From Escherichia coli (GTDB taxonomy: Bacteria; Pseudomonadota; Gammaproteobacteria; Enterobacterales; Enterobacteriaceae), in assembly GCF_003018115.1 (NCBI RefSeq), contig NZ_CP027457.1: 64,000 nt of DNA; one strand, given 5' to 3'. Made by a program: the position numbers and the translations under genes. The notes beneath the pieces were generated by a model. The model was not told the DNA's origin and ran no database searches. It worked only from the letters and a program-made list of their open reading frames with translations. Positions 21,771-34,283 of this stretch are shown piece by piece; the stretch's first letter is position 1, and each line of letters begins with the position of its first letter.

Positions 21771-22487
21771 TTACGCATTACGTTGCAACAACATCGACTT
21801 GATATGACCGATGGCGCGCGTCGGGTTCAGCCCCTTCGGACATACACTGACGCAGTTCATGATGCTGTGACAGCGGAATACGCTGAATGCATCGCTCAAA
21901 CCGTCGAGGCGGCTGTCAGTCTCGGTATCACGGCTATCGATCAGGAAACGATATGCCGCTAACAAGCCTGCCGGGCCGATAAACTTATCGGGATTCCACC
22001 AGAAAGACGGACAAGAGGTTGAACAACATGCGCAGAGAATACATTCATACAGCCCGTCGAGTTTTTCGCGCTGCTCTGGCATCTGTAAATGCTCGCGAGC
22101 TGGCGGATTTTGTCCATTATTCAACAGGTAAGGCTTAATTTTCTCATATTGCGCATAGAATTGTCCCATGTCTACCACCAAATCGCGGATCACCGGTAAA
22201 CCTGGCAGCGGGCGAATCACAATCTTCTTGCCCGGCTGGTTGAGTGCCGAAATCGGGGTAATACAGGCCAGACCATTCTTGCCGTTCATGTTCAGACCGT
22301 CGGAACCGCACACACCTTCACGACAGGAGCGGCGGAACGACAGGCTGGGATCTTTCTCTTTCAGCTGGATAAGCGCATCCAGCAGCATCATGTCGCGACC
22401 TTCTTCCGCTTCCAGGGTGTAATCCTGCATACGCGGAGCATCATCAACATCCGGGTTATAGCGATAAATTGAAAACTCGAGTCTCAT
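21771..22487 (-). CDS. sdhB: succinate dehydrogenase iron-sulfur subunit, 238 aa
   Basis: Cysteine clusters for the 2Fe-2S, 4Fe-4S and 3Fe-4S centres; synteny. Confidence 0.95.
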   Translation of the reverse strand: MRLEFSIYRYNPDVDDAPRMQDYTLEAEEGRDMMLLDALIQLKEKDPSLSFRRSCREGVCGSDGLNMNGKNGLACITPISALNQPGKKIVIRPLPGLPVIRDLVVDMGQFYAQYEKIKPYLLNNGQNPPAREHLQMPEQREKLDGLYECILCACCSTSCPSFWWNPDKFIGPAGLLAAYRFLIDSRDTETDSRLDGLSDAFSVFRCHSIMNCVSVCPKGLNPTRAIGHIKSMLLQRNA

Positions 22488-22502
22488 TTTCCTGTCTCCG
22501 CA

Positions 22503-24269
22503 TTAGTAAGTACGAATCTTCGGCGGGAATGCCGGGCGCAGTTTCGGTTCCATGTTGACGCTTCGGCGCGTCATGGATTCCGACTCAGGCAGATACAGGG
22601 AGTGGCACAGCCAGTTTTCATCATCACGATCCGGGAAGTCGAAGCGGCTATGTGCGCCACGGCTTTCGGTACGGAAGTTGGCAGAAACAGCCGTTGCATA
22701 CGCCGTTTCCATCAGGTTATCCAGTTCCAGGCACTCAACGCGCTGGGTGTTGAACTCGCTGGAAGTGTCATCCAGACGGGCATTTTTCAGACGCTCGCGG
22801 ATCACTTTCAACTGCTCAAGCCCTTTCGCCATCGCATCACCTTCACGGAAGACCGAGAAGTTATGCTGCATACATTCTTGCAGTGCTTTACGGATCGCCA
22901 CCGGATCTTCACCGTTACGGTTGTTGTTCCAGCGGTTCAGGCGATCCAGAGACGCTTCAACATCAGACTCGCTGGCATCGCGCAGTGCGCCCTGCTCGGC
23001 GATAGACTCTTGCAGATGCAGACCCGCTGCGCGACCAAAGACCACCAGGTCCAGCAGCGAGTTGCCGCCCAGACGGTTAGCGCCGTGTACCGATACACAA
23101 GCGATTTCACCAACGGCAAACAGCCCCGGAACAACCACATCTTCGCCTTTCTCATTCACAGTCAGCGCCTGACCGGTCACTTTGGTCGGAATACCGCCCA
23201 TCATGTAGTGACAGGTTGGGATAACCGGAATCGGCTCTTTCACCGGATCAACGTGAGCGAAGGTACGGGAAAGCTCCAGGATACCCGGCAGACGGGATTC
23301 GAGAACTTCTTTACCCAGGTGATCGAGTTTCAGTTTCGCGTGTGGCCCCCACGGACCATCACAGCCGCGACCTTCACGGATTTCGATCATGATGGAACGC
23401 GCCACCACATCACGGCCCGCCAGGTCTTTGGCGTTCGGCGCATAACGCTCCATAAAGCGTTCGCCATGTTTGTTCAGCAGATAACCGCCTTCACCACGGC
23501 AACCTTCGGTGACCAGTACGCCCGCACCGGCAATGCCGGTCGGGTGGAATTGCCACATTTCCATATCCTGCACCGGTACGCCTGCGCGGATAGCCATGCC
23601 GACACCGTCGCCAGTGTTAATGTGGGCGTTAGTGGTAGACTGATAAATACGCCCTGCTCCGCCAGTCGCCAGCACGGTAGCGCGGGCTTTAAAATAAACC
23701 ACTTCACCGGTTTCGATGCACAGTGCGGTACAACCCACCACCGCACCATCCTGGTTTTTCACCAGATCCAGCGCATACCACTCGGAGAAAATGGTGGTGT
23801 GGTTTTTCAGGTTCTGCTGATAAAGCGTGTGCAACAGTGCGTGACCGGTACGGTCAGCAGCCGCCGCGGTACGTGCCGCCTGCTCGCCGCCGAAGTTCTT
23901 CGACTGACCGCCAAACGGACGTTGATAGATACGACCATCATCAAGACGCGAGAACGGCAGGCCCATGTGTTCGAGTTCCAGAATCGCTTCCGGCCCGGTT
24001 TTACACATATATTCAATCGCGTCCTGGTCACCGATATAGTCCGACCCTTTTACGGTGTCGTACATATGCCATTCCCAGTTATCTTCATGGGTATTACCCA
24101 GCGCAACGGTAATGCCGCCTTGCGCAGAAACGGTATGGGAACGGGTCGGGAAGACTTTAGAGAGCAGCGCACAGGTCTGGCCGCTCTGGGAAATTTGCAG
24201 CGCCGCGCGCATACCTGCGCCACCGGCACCAATCACAACTGCATCAAATTCTCTGACTGGCAATTTCAT
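22503..24269 (-). CDS. sdhA: succinate dehydrogenase flavoprotein subunit, 588 aa
   Basis: Start placed at [24 protein letters not shown] (FAD-binding fold), four codons inside the tracked ORF. Confidence 0.95.
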   Translation of the reverse strand: MKLPVREFDAVVIGAGGAGMRAALQISQSGQTCALLSKVFPTRSHTVSAQGGITVALGNTHEDNWEWHMYDTVKGSDYIGDQDAIEYMCKTGPEAILELEHMGLPFSRLDDGRIYQRPFGGQSKNFGGEQAARTAAAADRTGHALLHTLYQQNLKNHTTIFSEWYALDLVKNQDGAVVGCTALCIETGEVVYFKARATVLATGGAGRIYQSTTNAHINTGDGVGMAIRAGVPVQDMEMWQFHPTGIAGAGVLVTEGCRGEGGYLLNKHGERFMERYAPNAKDLAGRDVVARSIMIEIREGRGCDGPWGPHAKLKLDHLGKEVLESRLPGILELSRTFAHVDPVKEPIPVIPTCHYMMGGIPTKVTGQALTVNEKGEDVVVPGLFAVGEIACVSVHGANRLGGNSLLDLVVFGRAAGLHLQESIAEQGALRDASESDVEASLDRLNRWNNNRNGEDPVAIRKALQECMQHNFSVFREGDAMAKGLEQLKVIRERLKNARLDDTSSEFNTQRVECLELDNLMETAYATAVSANFRTESRGAHSRFDFPDRDDENWLCHSLYLPESESMTRRSVNMEPKLRPAFPPKIRTY

Positions 24270-24616
24270 CACACACCCCACACCACAACGAATCCATAAA
24301 TCACGTAAACCACCAGTGCAACGACAATCACCAGTTGCAGCATCAGGCGCAAGGCCAGCGGTTTAACGTAGTCGGTCAACACCTGCCACATGCCGATCCA
24401 GGCATGAATCAAGATAGAAAACAGCGCCAGCAGGGTGAACACTTTGGTGAACGCAGAGGCGAAGAAACCGATCCAGACTTCATATGTCAGTTCGCCACTG
24501 GTGGCGAAAAAACCGACCATATAAATGATGTAGAGCGTCAGGACGATAGCGGTAGCGCGAACGAGGATGAAATCATGTACGCCATTGCGTCCTAATGCGG
24601 AGGCGTTGCTTACCAT
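24269..24616 (-). CDS. sdhD: succinate dehydrogenase membrane anchor subunit, 115 aa
   Basis: Small hydrophobic protein between sdhC and sdhA; overlaps both neighbours. Confidence 0.9.
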
Positions 24617-24999
24617 ACGAGGACTCCTGCGAGAAGTGAAAGCACGACAGTAATAACAAAGGAGATTTTGGCGGAGCGTTTACCCGCTTCGAATGTTTCT
24701 TCCAGATAGCCAAAATCCATCATCATGTGGCGAATACCTACGACTACGTGATACGCCAGAGCGGTAAGGATGCCCCACATGATAAATTTGACGAAGAAGC
24801 TGCCCATAATCGCGGAAGCTTGCTCGAAACCTTCAGGGGAAGAGAGGCTGGTACCCAGAAGCCACAGCAGGATGCCCACTGCAACAAAGGTGATCACACC
24901 GGAAACGCGATGGAGAATGGACGCTATCGCCGTGATGGGGAACCGGATGGTCTGTAGGTCCAGATTAACAGGTCTTTGTTTTTTCACATTTCTTATCAT
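24610..24999 (-). CDS. sdhC: succinate dehydrogenase cytochrome b556 subunit, 129 aa
   Basis: Start placed at [15 protein letters not shown] inside the longer tracked ORF; hydrophobic. Confidence 0.9.
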
Positions 25000-25707
25000 G
25001 AATAACGCCCACATGCTGTTCTTATTATTCCCTGGGGACTACGGGCACAGAGGTTAACTTTCTGTTACCTGGAGACGTCGGGATTTCCTTCCTCCGGTCT
25101 GCTTGCGGGTCAGACAGCGTCCTTTCTATAACTGCGCGTCATGCAAAACACTGCTTCCAGATGCGAAAACGACACGTTACAACGCTGGGTGGCTCGGGAT
25201 TGCAGGGTGTTCCGGAGACCTGGCGGCAGTATAGGCCGTTCACAAAATCATTACAATTAACCTACATATAGTTTGTCGGGTTTTATCCTGAACAGTGATC
25301 CAGGTCACGATAACAACATTTATTTAATTTTTAATCATCTAATTTGACAATCATTAAACAAAGTTGTTACAAACATTACCAGGAAAAGCATATAATGCGT
25401 AAAAGTTATGAAGTCGGTATTTCACCTAAGATTAACTTATGTAACAGTGTGGAAGTATTGACCAATTCATTCGGGACAGTTATTAGTGGTAGACAAGTTT
25501 AATAATTCGGATTGCTAAGTACTTGATTCGCCATTTATTCGTCATCAATGGATCCTTTACCTGCAAGCGCCCAGAGCTCTGTACCCAGGTTTTCCCCTCT
25601 TTCACAGAGCGGCGAGCCAAATAACAAACGGGTAAAGCCAGGTTGATGTGCGAAGGCAAATTTAAGTTCCGGCAGTCTTACGCAATAAGGCGCTAAGGAG
25701 ACCTTAA
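25000..25707. promoter_or_regulatory. divergent sdhC / gltA promoter-control region
   Basis: 708-bp AT-rich non-coding gap between divergently transcribed sdhC and gltA. Established knowledge that both promoters and their global-regulator sites lie here; individual sites not mapped. Confidence 0.6.
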
Positions 25708-26991
25708 ATGGCTGATACAAAAGCAAAACTCACCCTCAACGGGGACACAGCTGTTGAACTGGATGTGCTGAAAGGCACGCTGGGTCAAGATGTTATTGAT
25801 ATCCGTACTCTCGGTTCAAAAGGTGTGTTCACCTTTGACCCAGGCTTCACTTCAACCGCATCCTGCGAATCTAAAATTACTTTTATTGATGGTGATGAAG
25901 GTATTTTGCTGCACCGCGGTTTCCCGATCGATCAGCTGGCGACCGATTCTAACTACCTGGAAGTTTGTTACATCCTGCTGAATGGTGAAAAACCGACTCA
26001 GGAACAGTATGACGAATTTAAAACTACGGTGACCCGTCATACCATGATCCACGAGCAGATTACCCGTCTGTTCCACGCTTTCCGTCGCGACTCACATCCA
26101 ATGGCAGTCATGTGTGGTATTACCGGCGCGCTGGCGGCGTTCTATCACGACTCGCTGGATGTTAACAATCCTCGTCATCGTGAAATTGCCGCGTTCCGCC
26201 TGCTGTCGAAAATGCCGACCATGGCCGCGATGTGTTACAAGTATTCCATTGGTCAGCCATTTGTTTATCCGCGCAACGATCTCTCCTATGCCGGTAACTT
26301 CCTGAATATGATGTTCTCCACGCCGTGCGAACCGTATGAAGTTAATCCGATTCTGGAACGTGCTATGGACCGTATTCTGATCCTGCACGCTGACCATGAA
26401 CAGAACGCCTCTACCTCCACCGTGCGTACCGCTGGCTCTTCGGGTGCGAACCCGTTTGCCTGTATCGCAGCAGGTATTGCTTCACTGTGGGGACCTGCGC
26501 ACGGTGGTGCTAACGAAGCGGCGCTGAAAATGCTGGAAGAAATTAGCTCCGTTAAACACATTCCGGAATTTGTTCGTCGTGCGAAAGATAAAAATGATTC
26601 TTTCCGCCTGATGGGCTTCGGTCACCGCGTGTACAAAAATTACGACCCGCGCGCCACCGTAATGCGTGAAACCTGCCATGAAGTTCTGAAAGAGCTGGGC
26701 ACCAAAGATGACCTGCTGGAAGTGGCTATGGAGCTGGAAAACATCGCGCTGAACGACCCGTACTTTATCGAGAAGAAACTGTACCCGAACGTCGATTTCT
26801 ACTCTGGTATCATCCTGAAAGCGATGGGTATTCCGTCTTCCATGTTCACCGTCATCTTCGCTATGGCCCGTACCGTTGGCTGGATCGCTCACTGGAGCGA
26901 AATGCACAGTGACGGCATGAAGATCGCCCGTCCGCGCCAGTTGTATACAGGATATGAAAAACGCGACTTTAAAAGCGATATCAAGCGTTAA
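25708..26991 (+). CDS. gltA: citrate synthase, 427 aa
   Basis: [37 protein letters not shown]-terminus and full length. Confidence 0.95.
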   Translation: MADTKAKLTLNGDTAVELDVLKGTLGQDVIDIRTLGSKGVFTFDPGFTSTASCESKITFIDGDEGILLHRGFPIDQLATDSNYLEVCYILLNGEKPTQEQYDEFKTTVTRHTMIHEQITRLFHAFRRDSHPMAVMCGITGALAAFYHDSLDVNNPRHREIAAFRLLSKMPTMAAMCYKYSIGQPFVYPRNDLSYAGNFLNMMFSTPCEPYEVNPILERAMDRILILHADHEQNASTSTVRTAGSSGANPFACIAAGIASLWGPAHGGANEAALKMLEEISSVKHIPEFVRRAKDKNDSFRLMGFGHRVYKNYDPRATVMRETCHEVLKELGTKDDLLEVAMELENIALNDPYFIEKKLYPNVDFYSGIILKAMGIPSSMFTVIFAMARTVGWIAHWSEMHSDGMKIARPRQLYTGYEKRDFKSDIKR

Positions 26992-27019
26992 TGGTTGATT
27001 GCTAAGTTGTAAATATTTT

Positions 27020-27050
27020 AACCCGCCGTTCAAATGGCGGGTTAATTTTT
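27020..27050 (+). terminator. Rho-independent terminator of gltA (AACCCGCCGTTCAAATGGCGGGTT + T-run)
   Basis: GC-rich hairpin followed by TTAATTTTT, 30 bp after the gltA stop. Confidence 0.65.
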
Positions 27051-27381
27051 ATATACCTAAACACAAAAAATTGTAAAAATAAAATCCACTATCGGACATT
27101 CATATATTCTAAAAAAAAATATATCGGTATAAATTATAAACAAATCGATGATTTTTAATCATGTATCTTCCTCTCAGTTACATGAATAAACCACCAAATA
27201 TAGCGCACCCCTATAATTTCCAATACTTTATTCATCAAACATTTAATTCATACCATCAATTAATTACTTTTACATTTAATAAAATTAATAATATTTTTAA
27301 GAAAAACTAAAAACATTCGACAATCAAATAAGATATTCTTGCACCGATATACTTTTTTCTTTTCTGTTAAAGGACTCCGTT

Positions 27382-27948
27382 ATGTTTAAAGGACAAAAAA
27401 CATTGGCCGCACTGGCCGTATCTCTGTTGTTCACTGCACCTGTTTATGCAGCTGATGAAGGATCCGGTGCAATTCATTTTAAAGGTGAGGTTATTGAAGC
27501 GCCTTGTGAAATACATCAGGATGATATTGATAAAGAAGTTGAACTTGGTCAGGTGACCACCAGCCACATTAATCAGTCACATCACAGCGATGCCGTTGCT
27601 GTCGACCTGCGCTTAGTCAACTGTGATCTGGAAAACTCCAGCAACGGTTCCGGTGGCAAGATTTCTAAAGTTGCAGTCACCTTTGATAGCTCAGCGAAAA
27701 CCACCGGCGCAGATCCGATTCTCAACAACACCAGCACGGGTGAAGCCACCGGCGTCGGCGTGCGTTTATTGAATAAAGATCAAACCAATATCGTTTTAGG
27801 CACTGCTGCTCCAGACATCGACCTGGCACCGACCTCCAGCGAACAAACGCTGAATTTCTTTGCCTGGATGGAACAAATTGATCAGGCTACACCTGTAACG
27901 CCAGGTGCAGTTACAGCGAATGCTACCTACGTGCTGGATTATAAATAA
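27382..27948 (+). CDS. ybgD: fimbrial major subunit-like protein, 188 aa
   Basis: Signal peptide (LAALAVSLLFTAPVYA), fimbrial-subunit size, C-terminal YVLDYK-type strand; synteny. Confidence 0.8.
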   Translation: MFKGQKTLAALAVSLLFTAPVYAADEGSGAIHFKGEVIEAPCEIHQDDIDKEVELGQVTTSHINQSHHSDAVAVDLRLVNCDLENSSNGSGGKISKVAVTFDSSAKTTGADPILNNTSTGEATGVGVRLLNKDQTNIVLGTAAPDIDLAPTSSEQTLNFFAWMEQIDQATPVTPGAVTANATYVLDYK

Positions 27949-27998
27949 GTATTACTTTGGCGGCGCTATCGCCGCCTTTCTTCAAATATTTATCAGGT

Positions 27999-30458
27999 AT
28001 GGACACCGTGAATATTTATCGACTCTCTTTTGTATCCTGCCTGGTTATGGCGATGCCTTGCGCATTGGCGGTCGAATTCAACCTTAATGTTCTCGATAAA
28101 TCGATGCGAGACCGCATTGATATTTCATTATTAAAGGAAAAAGGAGTCATTGCTCCCGGTGAATATTTTGTTAGCGTTGCGGTGAATAACAACCAAATCA
28201 GTAATGGGCAAAAAATCAACTGGCAAAAAAAGGGTGACAAAACCATTCCATGCATCAATGATTCACTGGTCGATAAATTTGGTTTAAAACCAGATATCCG
28301 TCAGTCCTTGCCACAGATAGATCGGTGTATTGATTTCAGTTCCCGACCTGAAATGCTCTTCAATTTCGATCAAGCCAATCAGCAACTGAATATTAGTATT
28401 CCGCAAGCCTGGCTGGTGTGGCACTCAGAAAACTGGGCTCCCCCCTCTACATGGAAAGAAGGTGTCGCCGGTGTCCTGATGGATTACAACCTGTTTGCCA
28501 ACAGCTACCGCCCACAGGACGGCAGCAGCAGCACTAACCTGAACGCCTACGGTACCACCGGAATTAACGCCGGGTCATGGCGCTTACGCAGTGATTACCA
28601 GCTTAATAAGACCGATAGCGAAGATAGCCATGAACAGTCAGGCGGAATATCGCGCACCTATCTTTTTCGTCCATTACCGCAATTAGGCTCTAAATTAACC
28701 CTCGGCGAAACCGATTTCAGTTCCAATATTTTCGATGGTTTTTCTTATACCGGCGCGGCACTGGCGAGTGACGATCGAATGTTGCCATGGGAGCTACGCG
28801 GCTACGCCCCACAAATTAGCGGTATTGCACAGACCAATGCCACGGTGACGATCAGTCAATCAGGCCGCGTCATTTACCAGAAAAAAATTCCGCCAGGCCC
28901 GTTTATTATTGATGACCTCAATCAGTCTGTTCAGGGCACGCTGGATGTCAAAGTGACGGAAGAAGATGGTCGGGTGAACAATTTCCAGGTTTCGGCAGCA
29001 TCGACGCCCTTCCTGACTCGCCAGGGACAGGTTCGCTATAAACTGGCCGCGGGTCAGCCACGGCCTTCCATGTCACATCAAACTGAAAATGAAACCTTTT
29101 TTAGCAATGAAGTTTCCTGGGGGATGCTCTCAAACACCTCGCTGTACGGCGGCCTGCTGCTTTCTGGTGATGACTACCATTCTGCCGCAATGGGTATCGG
29201 GCAAAATATGCTGTGGCTTGGCGCGCTGTCGTTTGATGTCACCTGGGCCAGTAGCCATTTTGATACTCAGCAGGACGAGCGGGGCTTAAGCTACCGATTT
29301 AACTACAGCAAACAAGTGGATGCCACCAACAGCACGATTTCGCTCACCGCTTATCGCTTCTCCGATCGTCATTTTCACAGCTACGCCAACTATCTGGATC
29401 ACAAATACAACGACAGCGATGCGCAGGACGAAAAACAGACGATCAGCTTATCCGTGGGCCAACCGATTACCCCGCTAAACCTCAATCTTTACGCCAACCT
29501 GCTGCATCAAACCTGGTGGAATGCAGACGCCTCCACGACTGCCAACATCACAGCCGGTTTTAATGTTGATATTGGTGACTGGAGAGATATCTCGATTTCG
29601 ACGTCATTCAATACGACCCACTACGAAGATAAAGATCGCGACAACCAGATTTACCTGTCGATTTCGCTCCCCTTCGGTAACGGTGGTCGGGTTGGTTATG
29701 ACATGCAAAACAGTAGCCACAGCACCACACACCGCATGTCGTGGAACGATACGCTGGATGAACGTAATAGCTGGGGCATGTCTGCCGGACTGCAATCCGA
29801 CCGTCCTGACAATGGAGCCCAGGTGAGCGGTAACTATCAGCACCTGAGTTCAGCAGGTGAGTGGGATATTTCTGGTACCTATGCCGCCAATGATTACAGT
29901 TCCGTCAGCAGCAGCTGGAGCGGTTCTTTCACCGCAACCCAATATGGTGCAGCGTTTCATCGCCGCAGCTCCACCAATGAACCACGCCTGATGGTCAGCA
30001 CCGATGGCGTGGCAGATATTCCGGTTCAGGGCAATCTCGACTACACCAACCATTTTGGCATTGCGGTGGTGCCGTTGATTTCCAGTTACCAGCCTTCCAC
30101 CGTGGCGGTGAACATGAATGACTTACCCGACGGCGTTACAGTTGCAGAAAACGTTATCAAAGAAACGTGGATTGAAGGCGCGATAGGTTACAAATCACTG
30201 GCTTCCCGTTCCGGTAAAGACGTTAACGTCATCATTCGCAACGCCAGCGGTCAGTTTCCTCCCCTCGGAGCGGATATCCGCCAGGATGACAGCGGCATTA
30301 GCGTGGGGATGGTTGGCGAGGAAGGACATGCCTGGTTAAGCGGAGTCGCTGAAAATCAAAAGTTTACCGTGGTCTGGGGTGATAGCCAGCATTGCTCGCT
30401 CCATCTTCCTGAACATATGGAAGACACCGCAAATCGCCTGATTTTACCTTGTCATTAA
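27999..30458 (+). CDS. ybgQ: outer-membrane fimbrial usher, about 819 aa
   Basis: Large beta-rich protein with a signal peptide, following the subunit gene. Start chosen at the ATG inside the tracked ORF; uncertain by a few codons. Confidence 0.8.
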   Translation: MDTVNIYRLSFVSCLVMAMPCALAVEFNLNVLDKSMRDRIDISLLKEKGVIAPGEYFVSVAVNNNQISNGQKINWQKKGDKTIPCINDSLVDKFGLKPDIRQSLPQIDRCIDFSSRPEMLFNFDQANQQLNISIPQAWLVWHSENWAPPSTWKEGVAGVLMDYNLFANSYRPQDGSSSTNLNAYGTTGINAGSWRLRSDYQLNKTDSEDSHEQSGGISRTYLFRPLPQLGSKLTLGETDFSSNIFDGFSYTGAALASDDRMLPWELRGYAPQISGIAQTNATVTISQSGRVIYQKKIPPGPFIIDDLNQSVQGTLDVKVTEEDGRVNNFQVSAASTPFLTRQGQVRYKLAAGQPRPSMSHQTENETFFSNEVSWGMLSNTSLYGGLLLSGDDYHSAAMGIGQNMLWLGALSFDVTWASSHFDTQQDERGLSYRFNYSKQVDATNSTISLTAYRFSDRHFHSYANYLDHKYNDSDAQDEKQTISLSVGQPITPLNLNLYANLLHQTWWNADASTTANITAGFNVDIGDWRDISISTSFNTTHYEDKDRDNQIYLSISLPFGNGGRVGYDMQNSSHSTTHRMSWNDTLDERNSWGMSAGLQSDRPDNGAQVSGNYQHLSSAGEWDISGTYAANDYSSVSSSWSGSFTATQYGAAFHRRSSTNEPRLMVSTDGVADIPVQGNLDYTNHFGIAVVPLISSYQPSTVAVNMNDLPDGVTVAENVIKETWIEGAIGYKSLASRSGKDVNVIIRNASGQFPPLGADIRQDDSGISVGMVGEEGHAWLSGVAENQKFTVVWGDSQHCSLHLPEHMEDTANRLILPCH

Positions 30459-30472
30459 TTAAGGAAATGAAA

Positions 30473-31204
30473 ATGACATTTATGAAAGGACTACCCCTTT
30501 TGTTGTTGGTTGCCAGTCTGTGCAGCCACGCTGCACTACAACCCGATCGCACTCGTATTGTGTTTAACGCTAATGATAAAGCTACCAGTCTGCGGGTGGA
30601 TAATCGTAGCGATAAACTCCCCTACCTCGCTTATTCCTGGCTCGAAAATGAAAAAGGGGAGAAAAGCGATGATCTTCTGGTCGCCCTGCCGCCGATACAA
30701 CGTCTGGAACCGAAAGCAACAACGCAGGTACGGATAGTAAAGCAAGCCTCGACCACAAAATTACCGGGCGATCGCGAAACGCTATTTTTCTACAATATGC
30801 GTGAAATTCCTCCCGCCCCGGAAAAAAACAGCGACCATGCCGTTCTGCAAGTCGCCATTCAGAGTCGTATCAAGGTGTTCTGGCGACCGGCTGCATTACG
30901 CAAGAAAGCAGGAGAAAAGGTCGAACTGCAGTTACAGGTCAGCCAGCAGGGCAACCAACTGACACTGAAAAATCCTACCGCGTATTATCTGACCATTGCC
31001 TACCTGGGACGAAATGAAAAAGGCGTTCTCCCCAGCTTCAAAACCGTGATGGTTGCGCCTTTTAGTACGGTCAACACAAACACCGGAAATTATAGCGGCA
31101 GCCAGTTTTATCTCGGTTATATGGATGATTACGGCGCGTTACGCATGACGACGCTCAACTGCAGCGGACAATGCCATTTACAAGCCGTGGAGGCGAAGAA
31201 ATGA
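30473..31204 (+). CDS. ybgP: periplasmic fimbrial chaperone (PapD-like), about 243 aa
   Basis: Signal peptide and chaperone-like length; start chosen at the ATG with an AAGGA spacer; overlaps the usher stop. Confidence 0.8.
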
Positions 31205-32262
31205 GTGCTGGCAAGGGAGTGTTGCTCGTCATCTGTCTGTTATTTCTGCCGTTGAAGTCTGCGCTTGCCCTGAACTGCTACTTTGGTTCATCCGGTGGCT
31301 CGGTAGAAAAATCAGAAGCGATTCAACCTTTTGCTGTACCAGGCAATGCCAAACTCGGCGATAAGATTTGGGAATCTGACGATATTAAAATTCCCGTCTA
31401 TTGTGACAACAATACCAACGGCAATTTTGAAAGTGAGCATGTTTATGCCTGGGTAAACCCCTACCCGGGGGTGCAGGATCGCTATTATCAACTCGGCGTA
31501 ACTTACAATGGCGTTGATTATGACGCCAACCAGGGAAAAAGCCGCATCGACACTAACCAGTGTATCGACAGTAAGAACATTGACATTTATACCCCTGAGC
31601 AGATTATCGCGATGGGATGGCAGAACAAAATTTGCTCGGGTGATCCCGCTAATATTCACATGTCGCGTACCTTTCTCGCTCGCATGCGGTTATACGTCAA
31701 AATACGAGAAATGCCGCCGCATGATTATCAAAGTACGCTTAGCGACTATATCGTCGTGCAATTTGACGGTGCCGGTAGCGTTAACGAAGATCCTACTGCC
31801 CAAAACCTGAAATATCATATTACCGGTCTGGAAAACATTCGCGTGCTGGATTGCAGCGTCAATTTTTCCATTTCACCGGAAACACAGGTGATTGATTTTG
31901 GTAAATTTAATTTGCTGGATATTCGTCGCCACACAATGTCGAAAACATTCAGTATTAAGACGACAAAATCACAAAATGACCAATGCACCGACGGATTTAA
32001 AGTCAGTTCCTCCTTTTATACCGAAGAAACGTTGGTTGAAGAAGATAAAGCATTGTTGATTGGTAATGGTCTGAAGCTACGTTTGCTGGATGAAAACGCC
32101 TCGCCTTATACATTCAATAAATATACTGAATACGCCGATTTCACCAGCGATATGCTGATCTACGAAAAAACCTATACGGCTGAACTTTCGTCCATTGCAG
32201 GCACCCCCATCGAGGCTGGCCCCTTCGATACAGTGGTGCTTTTTAAGATTAACTATAACTGA
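31201..32262 (+). CDS. ybgO: fimbrial adhesin-like protein, 353 aa
   Basis: Signal peptide; last gene of the chaperone-usher operon; overlaps the ybgP stop. Confidence 0.7.
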
Positions 32263-32413
32263 CTTGCCATGATGCCCTTTGCAGCCGGAAAGGGCATCTC
32301 TTTCAGAAAATTGCTGATTTTCCCCTTTTCCTTGATTGCTGTTATTTTTTCCTGGCCCGGCTTTCTTTATGCTGTATCGATACACCAAAGAGAAAATAAT
32401 GAGGGAGCAAAGG

Positions 32414-33460
32414 ATGCCAGTTTTGCAGTGGGGAATGTTATGTGTGCTATCACTTCTCCTTTCTATTGGTTTCCTCGCGGTACATCTCCCGGCGGCATTA
32501 TTACTTGGGCCGATGATCGCCGGGATCATCTTTAGTATGCGCGGGGTTACCCTGCAACTCCCCCGCTCCGCTTTTCTCGCCGCGCAGGCCATTCTTGGCT
32601 GCATGATTGCGCAAAACTTGACCGGTTCGATCCTGACCACGCTGGCGGTTAACTGGCCGATTGTGTTAGCTATTTTACTGGTGACGTTGCTTTCCAGCGC
32701 TATCGTGGGATGGCTACTGGTGCGCTATAGCTCACTGCCCGGAAATACTGGTGCCTGGGGCTCCTCGCCTGGCGGGGCGGCGGCAATGGTCGCGATGGCG
32801 CAGGATTACGGCGCAGATATCCGCCTGGTGGCGTTTATGCAGTATCTGCGAGTGCTGTTTGTCGCGGGGGCCGCAGTTCTGGTCACGCGAATGATGCTGG
32901 GCGATAACGCTGAAGCGGTTAACCAGCATATCGTCTGGTTCCCGCCAGTGAGCATTAATCTCCTGCTTACTATTTTGCTCGCGGTCGTTGCCGGTACAGT
33001 GGGATGCCTGCTGCGTCTTCCTTCCGGCACGATGCTCATCCCGATGCTTGCGGGCGCAGTGCTCCAGTCTGGTCAGCTCATCACCATCGAACTACCGGAA
33101 TGGCTGCTGGCGATGGCGTATATGGCAATTGGCTGGCGGATTGGTCTTGGTTTCGATAAACAAATATTACTGCGGGCATTGCGCCCACTGCCACAAATCC
33201 TGCTGTCGATTTTTGCTCTGCTGGCTATTTGTGCGGGTATGGCGTGGGGACTGACCCGGTTTATGCACATTGATTTTATGACTGCCTACCTCGCCACCAG
33301 CCCCGGCGGGCTTGATACCGTGGCGGTCATCGCCGCAGGGAGCAATGCCGATATGGCGCTCATTATGGCGATGCAAACCCTGCGCCTGTTCAGTATTTTG
33401 CTGACTGGGCCTGCCATTGCACGGTTTATTTCGACCTATGCGCCGAAGCGGTCGGCCTAG
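32414..33460 (+). CDS. abrB: AbrB-family membrane protein (putative regulator), 348 aa
   Basis: Start placed at MPVLQWGML; polytopic hydrophobic protein; synteny with nei. Confidence 0.8.
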   Translation: MPVLQWGMLCVLSLLLSIGFLAVHLPAALLLGPMIAGIIFSMRGVTLQLPRSAFLAAQAILGCMIAQNLTGSILTTLAVNWPIVLAILLVTLLSSAIVGWLLVRYSSLPGNTGAWGSSPGGAAAMVAMAQDYGADIRLVAFMQYLRVLFVAGAAVLVTRMMLGDNAEAVNQHIVWFPPVSINLLLTILLAVVAGTVGCLLRLPSGTMLIPMLAGAVLQSGQLITIELPEWLLAMAYMAIGWRIGLGFDKQILLRALRPLPQILLSIFALLAICAGMAWGLTRFMHIDFMTAYLATSPGGLDTVAVIAAGSNADMALIMAMQTLRLFSILLTGPAIARFISTYAPKRSA

Positions 33461-34248
33461 TGCTGGCAGCCTGGACACCAGTAAAACGGGCGCGAGGACA
33501 ACGTGGTTTTCTCAATGATGCCGCCACAGCGTTCGCACAGTTCGCCATCACGATGAAAAACCTTAAAGCGAAACAGCGCCCCATGATGCTTATTCTCATC
33601 CACCTGCCCCCGCGTAGCGTAAGAAAATCGAGGAATCTCCAGTAACGCGTGTGCGAGTGCATCCAGTTGCGCCGCATTGAGATCTTTCGCTTTATGATTT
33701 CCAGTCAACCCAACCTGCCAGAGGATCTCCACCCGCAAATAATTGCCAAGTCCTGCCAGAAACGCCTGATCGAGCAGTAATCCAGCAAACTGACGGTTAC
33801 GAAAGCGCGGCGACAATAACCGTTCTTTCACCACCTCCGGCGTCAGATTCGGATCCAGCACATCGGGACCAACGCGTTGTAAAAACGGATGCGTGGTCAG
33901 TTGTTCCGGCCTCAACATCTCAATATCCGAGGCGCTATAAAGCAGAATGGTTTTGTCAGCCGTTTGCAGTTTTACCCGCAATACTCGCGTGGTCTGCGAC
34001 TCTTCGCCGGTATCAACCACGCGCCAGACGCCATAAAGCTGATTATGGCTGTAGAGCGTTAAGTCGTTGGAAAAATGAGTTAACAACGCCTTACCACGCG
34101 TTTCCACATGGGTAACGTGTTGACCGATAAGTTGTGATTGATAAGTTTTTAACTGCGGGAAGGCAAACCAGACATCAGTTAGTGGTTTGCCTTTGATCGC
34201 CGCCTCCAGGTTATCCGCTGCACGGCGGATCTCCGGGCCTTCAGGCAT
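33457..34248 (-). CDS. nei: endonuclease VIII (DNA glycosylase/AP lyase), 263 aa
   Basis: N-terminal [18 protein letters not shown] (Fpg/Nei catalytic P2-E3) and C-terminal zinc finger [25 protein letters not shown]. Confidence 0.9.
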   Translation of the reverse strand: MPEGPEIRRAADNLEAAIKGKPLTDVWFAFPQLKTYQSQLIGQHVTHVETRGKALLTHFSNDLTLYSHNQLYGVWRVVDTGEESQTTRVLRVKLQTADKTILLYSASDIEMLRPEQLTTHPFLQRVGPDVLDPNLTPEVVKERLLSPRFRNRQFAGLLLDQAFLAGLGNYLRVEILWQVGLTGNHKAKDLNAAQLDALAHALLEIPRFSYATRGQVDENKHHGALFRFKVFHRDGELCERCGGIIEKTTLSSRPFYWCPGCQH

Positions 34249-34283
34249 GGTGATATCCTTTTTTCATTCTTTATTAATCGGGG

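Noticed and set aside
22602-24299. 565-aa plus-strand ORF
   Set aside because: Antisense to sdhA, with no RBS or recognisable domain; a reverse-frame artefact.
25535-25726. 63-aa minus-strand ORF in the sdhC-gltA control region
   Set aside because: It overlaps the gltA start and promoter region, which is known to be non-coding regulatory DNA.
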